From the NCBI GenBank assembly GCA_040219255.1, contig JAVJSW010000009.1:1-24089 (forward strand): a stretch of 24,089 nt of DNA, written 5' to 3'. The position numbers were made by a program, and so were the translations under genes. Numbering within the stretch: position 1 is the first letter of the stretch; each line of letters opens with the position of its first letter. This DNA comes from Sumerlaeia bacterium. GTDB lineage: Bacteria > Sumerlaeota > Sumerlaeia > SLMS01 > JAHLLQ01. This document shows positions 1 to 8,399 of this stretch, piece by piece. The notes beneath the pieces were generated by a model. The model searched no databases and had not been told where the DNA came from. It saw nothing but the letters and a program-made list of their open reading frames with translations.

Positions 1-189
1 GACGAAGTTGGGGCCATCGAACGTGGTGGTCACGTCCTGGGGAGCCAGGAAAGGCAGGGGGCGGGCCATGGCCGACGAAGCCGCCAGGCAGCCCGCCACC
101 AGGAAGCTCCCCGTCAAAATCGCCCCGCGGCGCCGCGGGGACTTGGAATCAGTCGTACCTACTAGTCTCGAAAACGGCTTCATCGCCAT
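1..189 (-). CDS. 5' end of an exported protein, running off the window; possibly an FG-GAP/VCBS-type repeat protein
   Basis: Not in the ORF track. ATG at 189 is preceded by TAAGGAG-aacctct and the frame is open to base 1: MAMKPFSRLVGTTDSKSPRRRGAILTGSFLVAGCLAASSAMA-RPLPFLAPQDVTTTFDGPNFV. It has a basic n-region, a hydrophobic stretch and an AMA cleavage site (VAGC is an alternative lipobox). The FG-GAP call is a weak resemblance only. Confidence 0.75.
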   Translation of the reverse strand, partial: MAMKPFSRLVGTTDSKSPRRRGAILTGSFLVAGCLAASSAMARPLPFLAPQDVTTTFDGPNFV

Positions 190-381
190 AGAGGTTCTCC
201 TTAGAATGCAGCGCTTGCTGGCAGCCTGATGCAGGCTGGTCGCATTGAGCTATACTTAGCACCCTATCACCAGTCCCCTCCAGTTCCTTGGGAGCAATCC
301 CTTTTTCCGACTTTCGGCGAAAGAAAGTGTCTTAAGACGCCGGGTGCCGTTCCGCTCGAAATCTTGGACTGACACGGCTCT

Positions 382-2310
382 TTGGCGGTGCGTTCATCGC
401 GCGGCTCGCCCGAGCCCCTATTCCACCTCCTGGCGCCGCGACGCCGACCGGTTCCGCTTTTGCGCAAGATCGATCCTCCCCAACCCCCCGCCAGCCGCCG
501 CGAACGGTGGCAGCAATTCAAACGGACGCTGCCGGACGTCGTGGAGATCGCACGGCCTCAGGCGCGGCTCTGGCTTTTCGGACTGGGCCTGATGCTGATC
601 AATCGGCTGGCGGGGCTGGTGCTTCCGTATATTCCGAAGGTCATTCTGGACGAAGCCATTCCGCAGGAAAGTCTCCGGCTGCTCTATGCGATGGTAGGTC
701 TGGCGCTTCTGGCCGCTATCGTGCAGGGGCTCACGGCGTATGCCTTGACACAGACGATCACGAAGGCGGGGCAGCGCCTGATCAACGATTGGCGCAAACG
801 GATTCATACGCACGTCACGCGTTTGCCGCTCAAGTACTTTGAAGAGCACAAGGTCGGCGAAGTCGTCAGCCGGATCCTGTCGGACATCCAGGGGATCCGC
901 AACCTGCTGGGAACCGGGATGGTGGATTTTCTGGGCGGCATGGTGAGCGCGGTCTTCGTCATCGCGATCCTTTTCTGGATGGACTGGATGATGACGGTGA
1001 CGATCGCCGGATTTCTGGGGGGGTTTGCGTTCGTGACCGGGAAAGCCTTCGGTTCGCTGCGGCCGATTTATCGCGAGCGCCAGAAGCTCGCCGCCGATTT
1101 GAGCGGGCGCCTGACGGAGGGCATCGGGGGCGCGCGCGTCGTCAAAGCCTTCCACAGCGAAACCGCGGAGAGGGCCATCTTTGGCCAGAAGGCGGACGCT
1201 TTTCTGGGCGCCATTCTCTCCACCATCCACACCAGCAGTTGGGTTGCTCTGGTCACCAAGCTCCTTCTCGGCAGCCTCGGCGCGACGATCTTCCTGGTGG
1301 GGGGGCATCGGATGATGGCGGGGGAACTGTCGGCGGGCGAGATGCTCAGTTATCTGCTCTACCTCGGGATTCTGGTGGGGCCGATCAGTTCCCTGGTGCA
1401 GGTCGGCACGAGCCTCAGCGAGGTCTTCGCCGGCATCGACCGGGTCAAGGAGACGATGGGCGAAGCGCCCGAGGACGCCGACGAGGCGGAGCGCGAAGCG
1501 ATCGGCCGGGTCACGGGGCGGATCGCCTTCGAGGACGTCTGGTTCGAGTACGAAGAGAACAAGCCGGTGATCCGGGGCGTGAGCTTCATCGCCGAGCCGG
1601 GCTCGGTGACCGCCCTGGTGGGACCGTCGGGCAGCGGCAAGTCGACCCTGATCAGTCTGCTGTCGGCTTTCCGCGCGCCCCGGTCGGGAACGATCCGCGT
1701 CGATGGGATGGACTTGCAGCGAATTCGGCTGGGGGCCTATCGGGCCCAGTTGGGTTGCGTGCTGCAGGAAACCTTCCTGTTCAGCGGCACGGTGCGCGAA
1801 AACATCGCCTACGCCCGCCCCGGGGCTTCGAAGGAGGACATCGAAGAGGCGGCCCGGCTGGCGAACTGCGCGGAATTCGTGGAGTCGCTTCCCGAGGGTT
1901 TCGAGACTGTCATCGGGGAACGGGGCGTCAAACTCTCCGGTGGCCAACGGCAGCGCCTCGCCATCGCGCGGGCCCTTTTGGCGGACCCGCGGCTTCTGAT
2001 CCTCGACGAAGCCACCAGCGCCCTCGACACGGCTTCGGAGCAAAAAATCCAGGAGGGGCTGGAAAAGCTGATGGCGGGCCGGACGACTTTCGTGATCGCG
2101 CACCGGCTTTCGACGATTCGCCACGCATCGCAAATCCTGGTGCTCATGGATGGAGAAATCGTCGAGCGCGGCACCCACGGTGAACTGATGGCCGCCGGGG
2201 GGCGTTACGCCGAAATGGTTCGGCGACAGCATCAGGTGGAAGAGAACGTTTTCCGCAACGACGGTGAGGACGACGACTCGCCCGAGTCGCCGGTGGCGGA
2301 GGAGGCCTGA
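382..2310 (+). CDS. ABC exporter with fused TMD and NBD (ABCB/MsbA-MdlB-like); exact start uncertain
   Basis: Hydrophobic N-terminal helices, Walker A GPSGSGKST, Q-loop VLQE, GERG, signature LSGGQRQR, Walker B/D-loop LILDEATSALD, H-loop IAHRLST. Confidence 0.95.
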   Translation: MAVRSSRGSPEPLFHLLAPRRRPVPLLRKIDPPQPPASRRERWQQFKRTLPDVVEIARPQARLWLFGLGLMLINRLAGLVLPYIPKVILDEAIPQESLRLLYAMVGLALLAAIVQGLTAYALTQTITKAGQRLINDWRKRIHTHVTRLPLKYFEEHKVGEVVSRILSDIQGIRNLLGTGMVDFLGGMVSAVFVIAILFWMDWMMTVTIAGFLGGFAFVTGKAFGSLRPIYRERQKLAADLSGRLTEGIGGARVVKAFHSETAERAIFGQKADAFLGAILSTIHTSSWVALVTKLLLGSLGATIFLVGGHRMMAGELSAGEMLSYLLYLGILVGPISSLVQVGTSLSEVFAGIDRVKETMGEAPEDADEAEREAIGRVTGRIAFEDVWFEYEENKPVIRGVSFIAEPGSVTALVGPSGSGKSTLISLLSAFRAPRSGTIRVDGMDLQRIRLGAYRAQLGCVLQETFLFSGTVRENIAYARPGASKEDIEEAARLANCAEFVESLPEGFETVIGERGVKLSGGQRQRLAIARALLADPRLLILDEATSALDTASEQKIQEGLEKLMAGRTTFVIAHRLSTIRHASQILVLMDGEIVERGTHGELMAAGGRYAEMVRRQHQVEENVFRNDGEDDDSPESPVAEEA

Positions 2311-2316
2311 GAGGCC

Positions 2317-3252
2317 TCAGAAAAAGCGCTCGGCGATGCCGCTGTGAAGGGCATTCAAATCGCGCTGCATTTGGTCGATGTACTCGTGCAGACCGCGTCC
2401 GATCAGCTCATTGACCGGCGTGGCGGTAAGTTCATGGACCAGGCGGGAGGCGATTTCGAGCGATTCCTCGCGCTCCCGTGCCTCGGGCATGTCGCTCAGG
2501 ACCCGCTGGAGGTAATCCCTGGACCGGATGAGGCAGAAGAGCACCGCCCGGGGGAAGTCCCTCTCCGCGAGGAGGAATTCGATCACGAGGGCCGGTTCGA
2601 TGCGGGCGCGCCGTTTCCAATACGTTTCATAGGCGCTGACCGATTTGAGCACGGCGCGCCACTGATTGGCGTCGATGGGCGAGCCCACGTCGCTGGGCCG
2701 GGGCAGCAGGATGAAGTACTTCACATCGATAATGCGCGAGGTTTTGTCGGCGCGCTCGATGAAGCGCCCGAGCTGGGCGAACTGATAGGCTTCATTGTGC
2801 GGCAGGCAGCCCGACATGAGACCGAAGAACAGATGACTGCCCATGATGATTTCGCGATAGAGGGCCTCGGTTACCGAGGGCAGACCCTGATCGGCCGCGG
2901 TGCGCACGAGATGGAAGAGCGTGTTGAGCTGAAGCCACATTTCGTTGGTGATGACTTCGCGGACCTGCCGGGCGTTCTCCCGCGCGGCGCGCAGGCAACT
3001 GATGAGGGAGTTGGGGTTGGCGGTGTCGCACACCATGAAGTGCAAGACATTGGCTTCGGAGATGGCATCGAAGCGCTCGGCGTAGGGCTTTTCATCCGCC
3101 ATGACGGCGATCAGCGCTTCCCACAACGACTCCGTCGTGCCAGGCAAATCGAGGGAGAGGTGGTTGGTCACATCCAGGAATCGGGCGACGTTTTCCGCCC
3201 GCTCCACATAACGGGCCATCCAGTAGAGACTTTCGGCGACGCGGCTTAGCAT
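2317..3252 (-). CDS. Alpha-E domain protein (DUF403), 311 aa
   Basis: Start MLSRVAESLYWMARYVERAENVAR at 3252 with AAGGAG RBS. Contains ARENARQVRE, a second ER motif GRFIERADKTSR, and FPRAV. The start overlaps the upstream stop by 7 nt (ATGCTAA). The ORF-track extension to 3699 is spurious. Confidence 0.93.
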   Translation of the reverse strand: MLSRVAESLYWMARYVERAENVARFLDVTNHLSLDLPGTTESLWEALIAVMADEKPYAERFDAISEANVLHFMVCDTANPNSLISCLRAARENARQVREVITNEMWLQLNTLFHLVRTAADQGLPSVTEALYREIIMGSHLFFGLMSGCLPHNEAYQFAQLGRFIERADKTSRIIDVKYFILLPRPSDVGSPIDANQWRAVLKSVSAYETYWKRRARIEPALVIEFLLAERDFPRAVLFCLIRSRDYLQRVLSDMPEAREREESLEIASRLVHELTATPVNELIGRGLHEYIDQMQRDLNALHSGIAERFF

Positions 3253-4757
3253 CCGGACGCTCCTTGCGTTTGCGATTGCGATGGGGCGTGAACCATTCCC
3301 CAGCCATTGCCCCAGTCGTCGCCCGAGAGGACCCAGGTGTCCTTGCTGCCGCCGCCTTGCGAAGAGTTCACCACGAGCGACCCCTTCTTCAGCGCCACGC
3401 GGGTCAGACCGCCCGGCAAGACGTGGATTTCTTCGCCATACAGGATATAAGGACGCAGATCCACATGGCGGCCTTCGAAGTGGTCGCCGACGATGGTGGG
3501 GACGCGAGAAAGCTGCAACGTGGGCTGGGCGATGTAGGTGCGCGGTTCCGCTTCGATGCGGCGGGCGAAATCTTCGCGCTCGGCTTGCGTCGCGTGAGGC
3601 CCGATCAGCATCCCATAGCCCCCGCTCTCGTTCGCCGACTTCACCACCAGCTTGTCCAGGTTGGCCAACACGTACTGACGTTGCTTGGGATCGTGGCAAA
3701 CGAAGGTGTCCACGTTGGGCAGGATGGGGTCCTCGCCGAGGTAGAATCGAATCATCGCCGGCACGAAGGCATAGATCACCTTGTCGTCCGCGATGCCGTT
3801 GCCAAAGGCGTTGGCGATGGCGACTTTGCCGTTCATGTAGGCATCCATGATCCCCGGCACGCCAAGCACCGAGTCCTCGCGAAAGGCCTTCGGGTCCATG
3901 AAGTCGTCGTCCACCCGGCGGTAGATCACGTCGACGCGTTCGAGCCCCCGGGTGGTTCGCATCTTCACATAACCCCCGTCGACGACGAGGTCGCGTCCTT
4001 CGACCAACTGCACGCCCATTTCGCGTGCCAGGAAGGAGTGTTCGAAGTAGGCGGAGTTGTAGATCCCGGGCGTCATCACGGCCACGACGGGACTCTCGAC
4101 TCCCTGCGGCGCGATGTGCAGCAACGTCTCCAGCAGCTTGGAGGGATAGTCGTCCACCGGCCGGATTTTCTGGGTCTTGAAGAGGCGCGGGAAGATGCGC
4201 TTGAGCACGTTGCGGTTCTCGAGCACGTAGGACACGCCGCTCGGGGTCCGCAGGTTATCCTCAAGGATTCGGATTTCCCCTTCACCGTCACGCACCAGAT
4301 CGATGCCGGCGACGTGGGTGTAGATGCCGCGGGGCGGGCTCCACCCCGAGCAACGCTTGCAGAATCCGCTCGCGCTTTCCACCAGGTCCCGGGGGAGCAC
4401 GCCTTCCTTGACGATGCGCTGGTCGTGGTAGATGTCCTTGAGGAACAGGTTGAGTGCCATCAGCCGCTGCTTCAGGCCGGTCTCCAGCCGCGTCCATTCC
4501 TCGGCGCCGACGACCCGCGGAAGCAAATCGAAGGGGAAGATGCGCTCGATGCCGCTTTCTTCCTTATAGACGGTGAAGGTGATGCCCATGTTCAGGAGCG
4601 CCGCTTCCGCTTCGGCCCTGAGCCGGCCGACCTCGTCCGGGCTCAGTTCGCGGAATCGATCGTAGAGCATGCGCGCGTGCGGATGGGGCTGGCCGCTCGC
4701 GTCGAACATTTCATCGTAAAAGGAACCGGTTTCGTATCCGGTGAAGTCGAAAGCCAT
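3246..4757 (-). CDS. Circularly permuted type 2 ATP-grasp ligase (DUF404/407 family), 503 aa, apparently intact
   Basis: Start MAFDFTGYETGSFYDEMF with GGAG RBS. Motifs PFDLLPR, GIDLVR, LEDNLRTPSGVSYVLENR, NSAYFEH, VIYRRVDD, GNGIADDK, VVKSANESGGYG, GGLTRVAL, NSSQGGGSKDTWVL. Confidence 0.95.
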   Translation of the reverse strand: MAFDFTGYETGSFYDEMFDASGQPHPHARMLYDRFRELSPDEVGRLRAEAEAALLNMGITFTVYKEESGIERIFPFDLLPRVVGAEEWTRLETGLKQRLMALNLFLKDIYHDQRIVKEGVLPRDLVESASGFCKRCSGWSPPRGIYTHVAGIDLVRDGEGEIRILEDNLRTPSGVSYVLENRNVLKRIFPRLFKTQKIRPVDDYPSKLLETLLHIAPQGVESPVVAVMTPGIYNSAYFEHSFLAREMGVQLVEGRDLVVDGGYVKMRTTRGLERVDVIYRRVDDDFMDPKAFREDSVLGVPGIMDAYMNGKVAIANAFGNGIADDKVIYAFVPAMIRFYLGEDPILPNVDTFVCHDPKQRQYVLANLDKLVVKSANESGGYGMLIGPHATQAEREDFARRIEAEPRTYIAQPTLQLSRVPTIVGDHFEGRHVDLRPYILYGEEIHVLPGGLTRVALKKGSLVVNSSQGGGSKDTWVLSGDDWGNGWGMVHAPSQSQTQGASGC

Positions 4758-4802
4758 AGAGGGCTCCGCCAAGGTGAAGCTTGTTGCCAATTCCAACGAA
4801 CC

Positions 4803-4832
4803 AAGGTGGCAAGCCCGGTTCGTCGATGTCAA
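4803..4832 (-). promoter_or_regulatory. Candidate internal sigma70-type promoter for the ATP-grasp/alpha-E pair
   Basis: On the minus strand, perfect TTGACA (4832-4827), an 18-nt spacer ending in TG-n, then CACCTT (4808-4803), inside the 103-bp gap 4758-4860. The -10 match is weak. Confidence 0.35.
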
Positions 4833-4860
4833 CGTCTGGTCGTTCGCAACGCTCCAAATC

Positions 4861-5769
4861 TCAGATGTCCCCGCCGGACTCCCGCGCTTCCTCCGCCACG
4901 GCCTCGGCCACATCCACCGCGATCGACAGCGTTTGCCGCCCCCCGCCGAGCGCCACGCCCCGCACCGGGCTCACGTCGCTGTAGTCCCGGCCCCACGCCA
5001 GCACGATGTGCTGCTCCGACACGATGCAGTCGTTCGTCGGATCGAAGCCGATCCAGCCGAAAGCCGGAAAAAACACGTCCACCCAGGCATGCGACGCATC
5101 GGCCCCCGCCATCTTTTCCTGCCCCGGAGGAGGCACGGTCAGCAAATACCCGCTGACATAGCGCGCCGACAGCCGCAGCGACCGCAGGCAGCTGATCATC
5201 AGGTGCGCGAAGTCCTGGCAAACGCCCGACCGCATCTCCAGAACCTCGTCCACCGGAGTGGACACCGTTGTCGATTCGGGCCGGTATTCGAAGTCCTTGT
5301 GGATGCGCCCCATCAGGTCCCGCACGCCATTGAGCAACAGTTGTCCCGGCGGAAATGAAGGCAGGGCGTATTCGCGAGCCTTCAGGCTGATCGGCGCGTG
5401 GGGCGAGGCGACGATGAACTCGCACGCCTCGAGACCCTGCGGCGTCAGGTCCGCCAGGATGTGCTCGCGCCCCGGTTCCCACGGATAGGTGTCTTCCGCC
5501 GCCAGCGGAACCTGCGGCGCCACATCCACCTGGCACCTCGACTCGATCACCAACTGCGTGTGCGGTTCCTGCACGGAGAAGTACAGCGTTTCGTTGCCGA
5601 AATAATCCCTCCGGCGCAGTTGCCAAATCGGCTCCGGCGAAATCGCCACCTCGTGACGCTTGAGAATCTGACGCCCCTCGCCGCGCGGAATCAGGTGCGC
5701 CCGGTTCTGACAAAGGGAAACCGCCGATTCGTAGTCGTAAACTGTGCGGTGGCAAACCGAGTAGATCAT
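4861..5769 (-). CDS. Transglutaminase-like protein (Bact_transglu_N + Transglut_core), 302 aa
   Basis: Start MIYSVCHRTVYDY in an ATGA overlap with the upstream stop. Contains DYFGN, the catalytic triad motifs GVCQDFAH / SHAWVDV / GFDPTN, plus RYVSGYL and GRDYSDVSP. Confidence 0.95.
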   Translation of the reverse strand: MIYSVCHRTVYDYESAVSLCQNRAHLIPRGEGRQILKRHEVAISPEPIWQLRRRDYFGNETLYFSVQEPHTQLVIESRCQVDVAPQVPLAAEDTYPWEPGREHILADLTPQGLEACEFIVASPHAPISLKAREYALPSFPPGQLLLNGVRDLMGRIHKDFEYRPESTTVSTPVDEVLEMRSGVCQDFAHLMISCLRSLRLSARYVSGYLLTVPPPGQEKMAGADASHAWVDVFFPAFGWIGFDPTNDCIVSEQHIVLAWGRDYSDVSPVRGVALGGGRQTLSIAVDVAEAVAEEARESGGDI

Positions 5770-8342
5770 GAATCCGTCAATTGGCGGTGGGCTTCCGAAT
5801 GGCTGAAGTAGTGCGACGACAAGGCGTCGGAGAGCATCGGCAGTTCCGCCGCGATTTTCTCCAGCAGACGCGCCAGCGACCGCCGCACCCCTTCCTTGTC
5901 CGCCTTGCAGAGCGTCCCGATGTCGGCGAGTTGGACGCCACTGAGGCAAGACAAAATAAGGCGCCGCTCCGTGCCCAAATCCGCCGCCGTCATATCGCGC
6001 GGCAGCGCGTCCAGATGATTCTGAATCGCCACCAGTTGAAACGCCACGGAACGCGGGCTCGTTTCGTCGCGCAGCAGAAGGTCGAGCGCCGCGGCGATCT
6101 GGATCGACGAGAGATAACGCGAGCGGTAGGTCATGCTGCTGTCGGCGATTTCCAGGAGCGCCTGCAAGACATAGGGCTCGCTCTCCTTCAGCTCCGCCGC
6201 CAGCGGACTCAGCAGCGTCACCGTCGCCATTGCGCGCTCGAGGCGCCGGCCGATGTCGAGGAACCGCCACCCCGGGCCCCGCGTCGTGCTTTCCATCGCC
6301 AAGCCGCTGAAGGCCGACAGCGGCATAATCATGTCGTCCAGGCTCGCCAGCGCTTCGCTCAGCGCCAGTTGGCGGCTCATCTCCGGCGTCGGGAATTCCG
6401 ATCCCAGCCGATTCAGTGCCCGCCACGCGTCCTGCGAAATGCGGTCGCGCACCATCCACGCCGCCCGCCGCAGCGACCTGAGAATCTGGCGCACATTGGT
6501 CAGCGCGGCGTCGTCCTCGAACAGCGACGCCAGCAGCGCCTCCTCCAGTTCGCCGCGCCGCTCAGGCGCCGCCGTGCCCACGATGGCCGGCGGGGCCAGC
6601 TCCATCTGCGCCAGCAGATTCACCAGCGTCTCCAGCTCTGGCAGTTTCTCGAAACCCGTTTCGTCCGTCACCCGCAGCACCAGCGCCCGCAGAAGCCGGA
6701 TCGCATCCTCAGCCCGCTCGGCGTAGCGTCCCAGCCAGAACAGGTGGTCCGCCACGCGGCTCGGCATGTCCATCCCCGAGCGCTTCAGCGGCCCCGGCGT
6801 CGCCAGGTGTTGCAGGATCGAAGGCGCCGTGGGTACCGACTCGCCCAGCACCCACACATCCTTGCTGGCGCTGCTCGTCTCCAGCGTCACCACCCCGGCG
6901 CTCGCGTCCTCGCCCACCAGAGCCCGTCCGCCCGGCATCACCATGTACTCGCCGCCGCCAGTCGCGACGGCGTAGAGCCTCAGGATCGTGTGCCTCGGCA
7001 CCAGGTGATCCCGATTCCAGGAGGGCGACGTGGAGAGCGCGATGCGTTCCTGCGTCACGAACCCGTGCGGCTCGGCTTTGACGCGCGCCAGAAGTTCCGC
7101 CCGCTCCCCCGCCGAGAGGCTTGCGCAATCGACAGGGTCATCGCCCGGTTCGGGAAAGGTGGTCTTGAGCAGAAAATTCGAGAAGTTCGCCACCAAAGCC
7201 TCGATCACGCCAGCGCTGGCGCACCAGCGCGTTTCCAGCGACCCCAGCGCCAAGTCCTCGCCCAGCAGGTGCGGGCACAAATCCGGCAGGAACGGCAGGA
7301 ACACCGGCGTGTTCAGCAACCCGCTGCCCAGCGCGTTCGCCACCACCACCTTGCCCGACGCCACCGCCTGCACCAGCCCGGGCACGCCGGAGAGCGAATC
7401 GTAGCGCAGCTCCAGCGGATCGCAGAGCGAATCCTCGATGCGCCGAAGAATCACGTCCACCATCTGCAAGCCGCCCAGCGTCTTCAGATACACCCCGTTA
7501 TCGCGCACCGTCAGGTCGTTGCCCTCGACCAGCGGAACGCCCAAATGGCGCGCCAGAAAAATCTGCTCGAAGTACGACGAATTCGCCGGCCCCGCCGTCA
7601 GCAGCACGATGCGCGGGTTGTCCTGATTGCGCACGGCGATGGAGCGCAGCGTCTCGCGGATTTTCTTGAAGAAGGGCAGCAGATGCTGCACCGCGCAATC
7701 CCGGTAGGTTTCCGGCATCATGCGCAGCGTCACCAGCCGGTTTTCCAGAGCGTAACCGATGCCGCTCGGCGATTGCGTGCGGTCGCTGATCGCCACCCAC
7801 CCGCCGTTCGGGCGCCGCGCCACATCCACCGCGTAGAAATGCAGCGCGTCGCTCTGTGTCATCTCCGGCCCATGCACCGGCCGCAGATACCCCGGATGGC
7901 CATAGACCAGCTCCGGCGGCAGCAACCCCGCCCGCAGCAACTGCTGCTGACCATAGAGGTCGTCCAGAATCGCGTTCAGCAGCCGAGCCCTCTGCGCCAC
8001 GGCACCCGACAGCTTGGCCCATTCCCCCCGCGAAATCACGAATGGCACCGGATCCAGCACCCAGGGCCGGTCCAGGTCGTTGACCTTGTCGCCCAGGTTT
8101 TGCGTCACGCCGCTCTCGCGCATCAGGCGCAATGCCTGCTCCCAACGGCGGTTCAGTTCGGCGGCGCCGATGCGGCCGATGTGCTTGAGCAACGGCGTCC
8201 ACGAATCCGCCGGACCGATGGCGTTTAGACCGGTCAACTCGTCCCACACGTTGGGGAAGCGGGAGTACGACGAGATGAGCGGACTCAAGTGGGGAGAGGC
8301 GACGGAGGGAGGCATAGGATTGGGAGCGGAGGGCGTGGTCAT
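5766..8342 (-). CDS. Circularly permuted ATP-grasp fused to a C-terminal alpha-E domain, 858 aa; ligase site appears degenerate
   Basis: N-half: RPWVLDPVP, SPSGIGYALENR, YFEQ, VDVILRR, NALGSG, SKDVWVL. C-half: PSRVADHLFWLGRYAERAE, VRDRIS, GRRLERA, PRSVAFQL. Confidence 0.93.
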   Translation of the reverse strand: MTTPSAPNPMPPSVASPHLSPLISSYSRFPNVWDELTGLNAIGPADSWTPLLKHIGRIGAAELNRRWEQALRLMRESGVTQNLGDKVNDLDRPWVLDPVPFVISRGEWAKLSGAVAQRARLLNAILDDLYGQQQLLRAGLLPPELVYGHPGYLRPVHGPEMTQSDALHFYAVDVARRPNGGWVAISDRTQSPSGIGYALENRLVTLRMMPETYRDCAVQHLLPFFKKIRETLRSIAVRNQDNPRIVLLTAGPANSSYFEQIFLARHLGVPLVEGNDLTVRDNGVYLKTLGGLQMVDVILRRIEDSLCDPLELRYDSLSGVPGLVQAVASGKVVVANALGSGLLNTPVFLPFLPDLCPHLLGEDLALGSLETRWCASAGVIEALVANFSNFLLKTTFPEPGDDPVDCASLSAGERAELLARVKAEPHGFVTQERIALSTSPSWNRDHLVPRHTILRLYAVATGGGEYMVMPGGRALVGEDASAGVVTLETSSASKDVWVLGESVPTAPSILQHLATPGPLKRSGMDMPSRVADHLFWLGRYAERAEDAIRLLRALVLRVTDETGFEKLPELETLVNLLAQMELAPPAIVGTAAPERRGELEEALLASLFEDDAALTNVRQILRSLRRAAWMVRDRISQDAWRALNRLGSEFPTPEMSRQLALSEALASLDDMIMPLSAFSGLAMESTTRGPGWRFLDIGRRLERAMATVTLLSPLAAELKESEPYVLQALLEIADSSMTYRSRYLSSIQIAAALDLLLRDETSPRSVAFQLVAIQNHLDALPRDMTAADLGTERRLILSCLSGVQLADIGTLCKADKEGVRRSLARLLEKIAAELPMLSDALSSHYFSHSEAHRQLTDS

Positions 8343-8399
8343 ATCGGGAATTTGGAGCGGCTCGGCAGCCGTCCCTTCTTAGTCTGCCGCCCCCCTAAG

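Noticed and set aside
4774-4790. Possible sigma54 promoter TTGGCAACAAGCTTCA
   Set aside because: The -24 GG is present but the invariant -12 GC is replaced by CA. The copy near 11840 also lacks it.
3253-6459. ORF-track N-terminal extensions of alpha-E (to 3699), the ATP-grasp (to 4913) and the transglutaminase (to 6459)
   Set aside because: They overlap neighbouring genes. Family-typical N-termini with RBS or stop/start coupling place the starts at 3252, 4757 and 5769.
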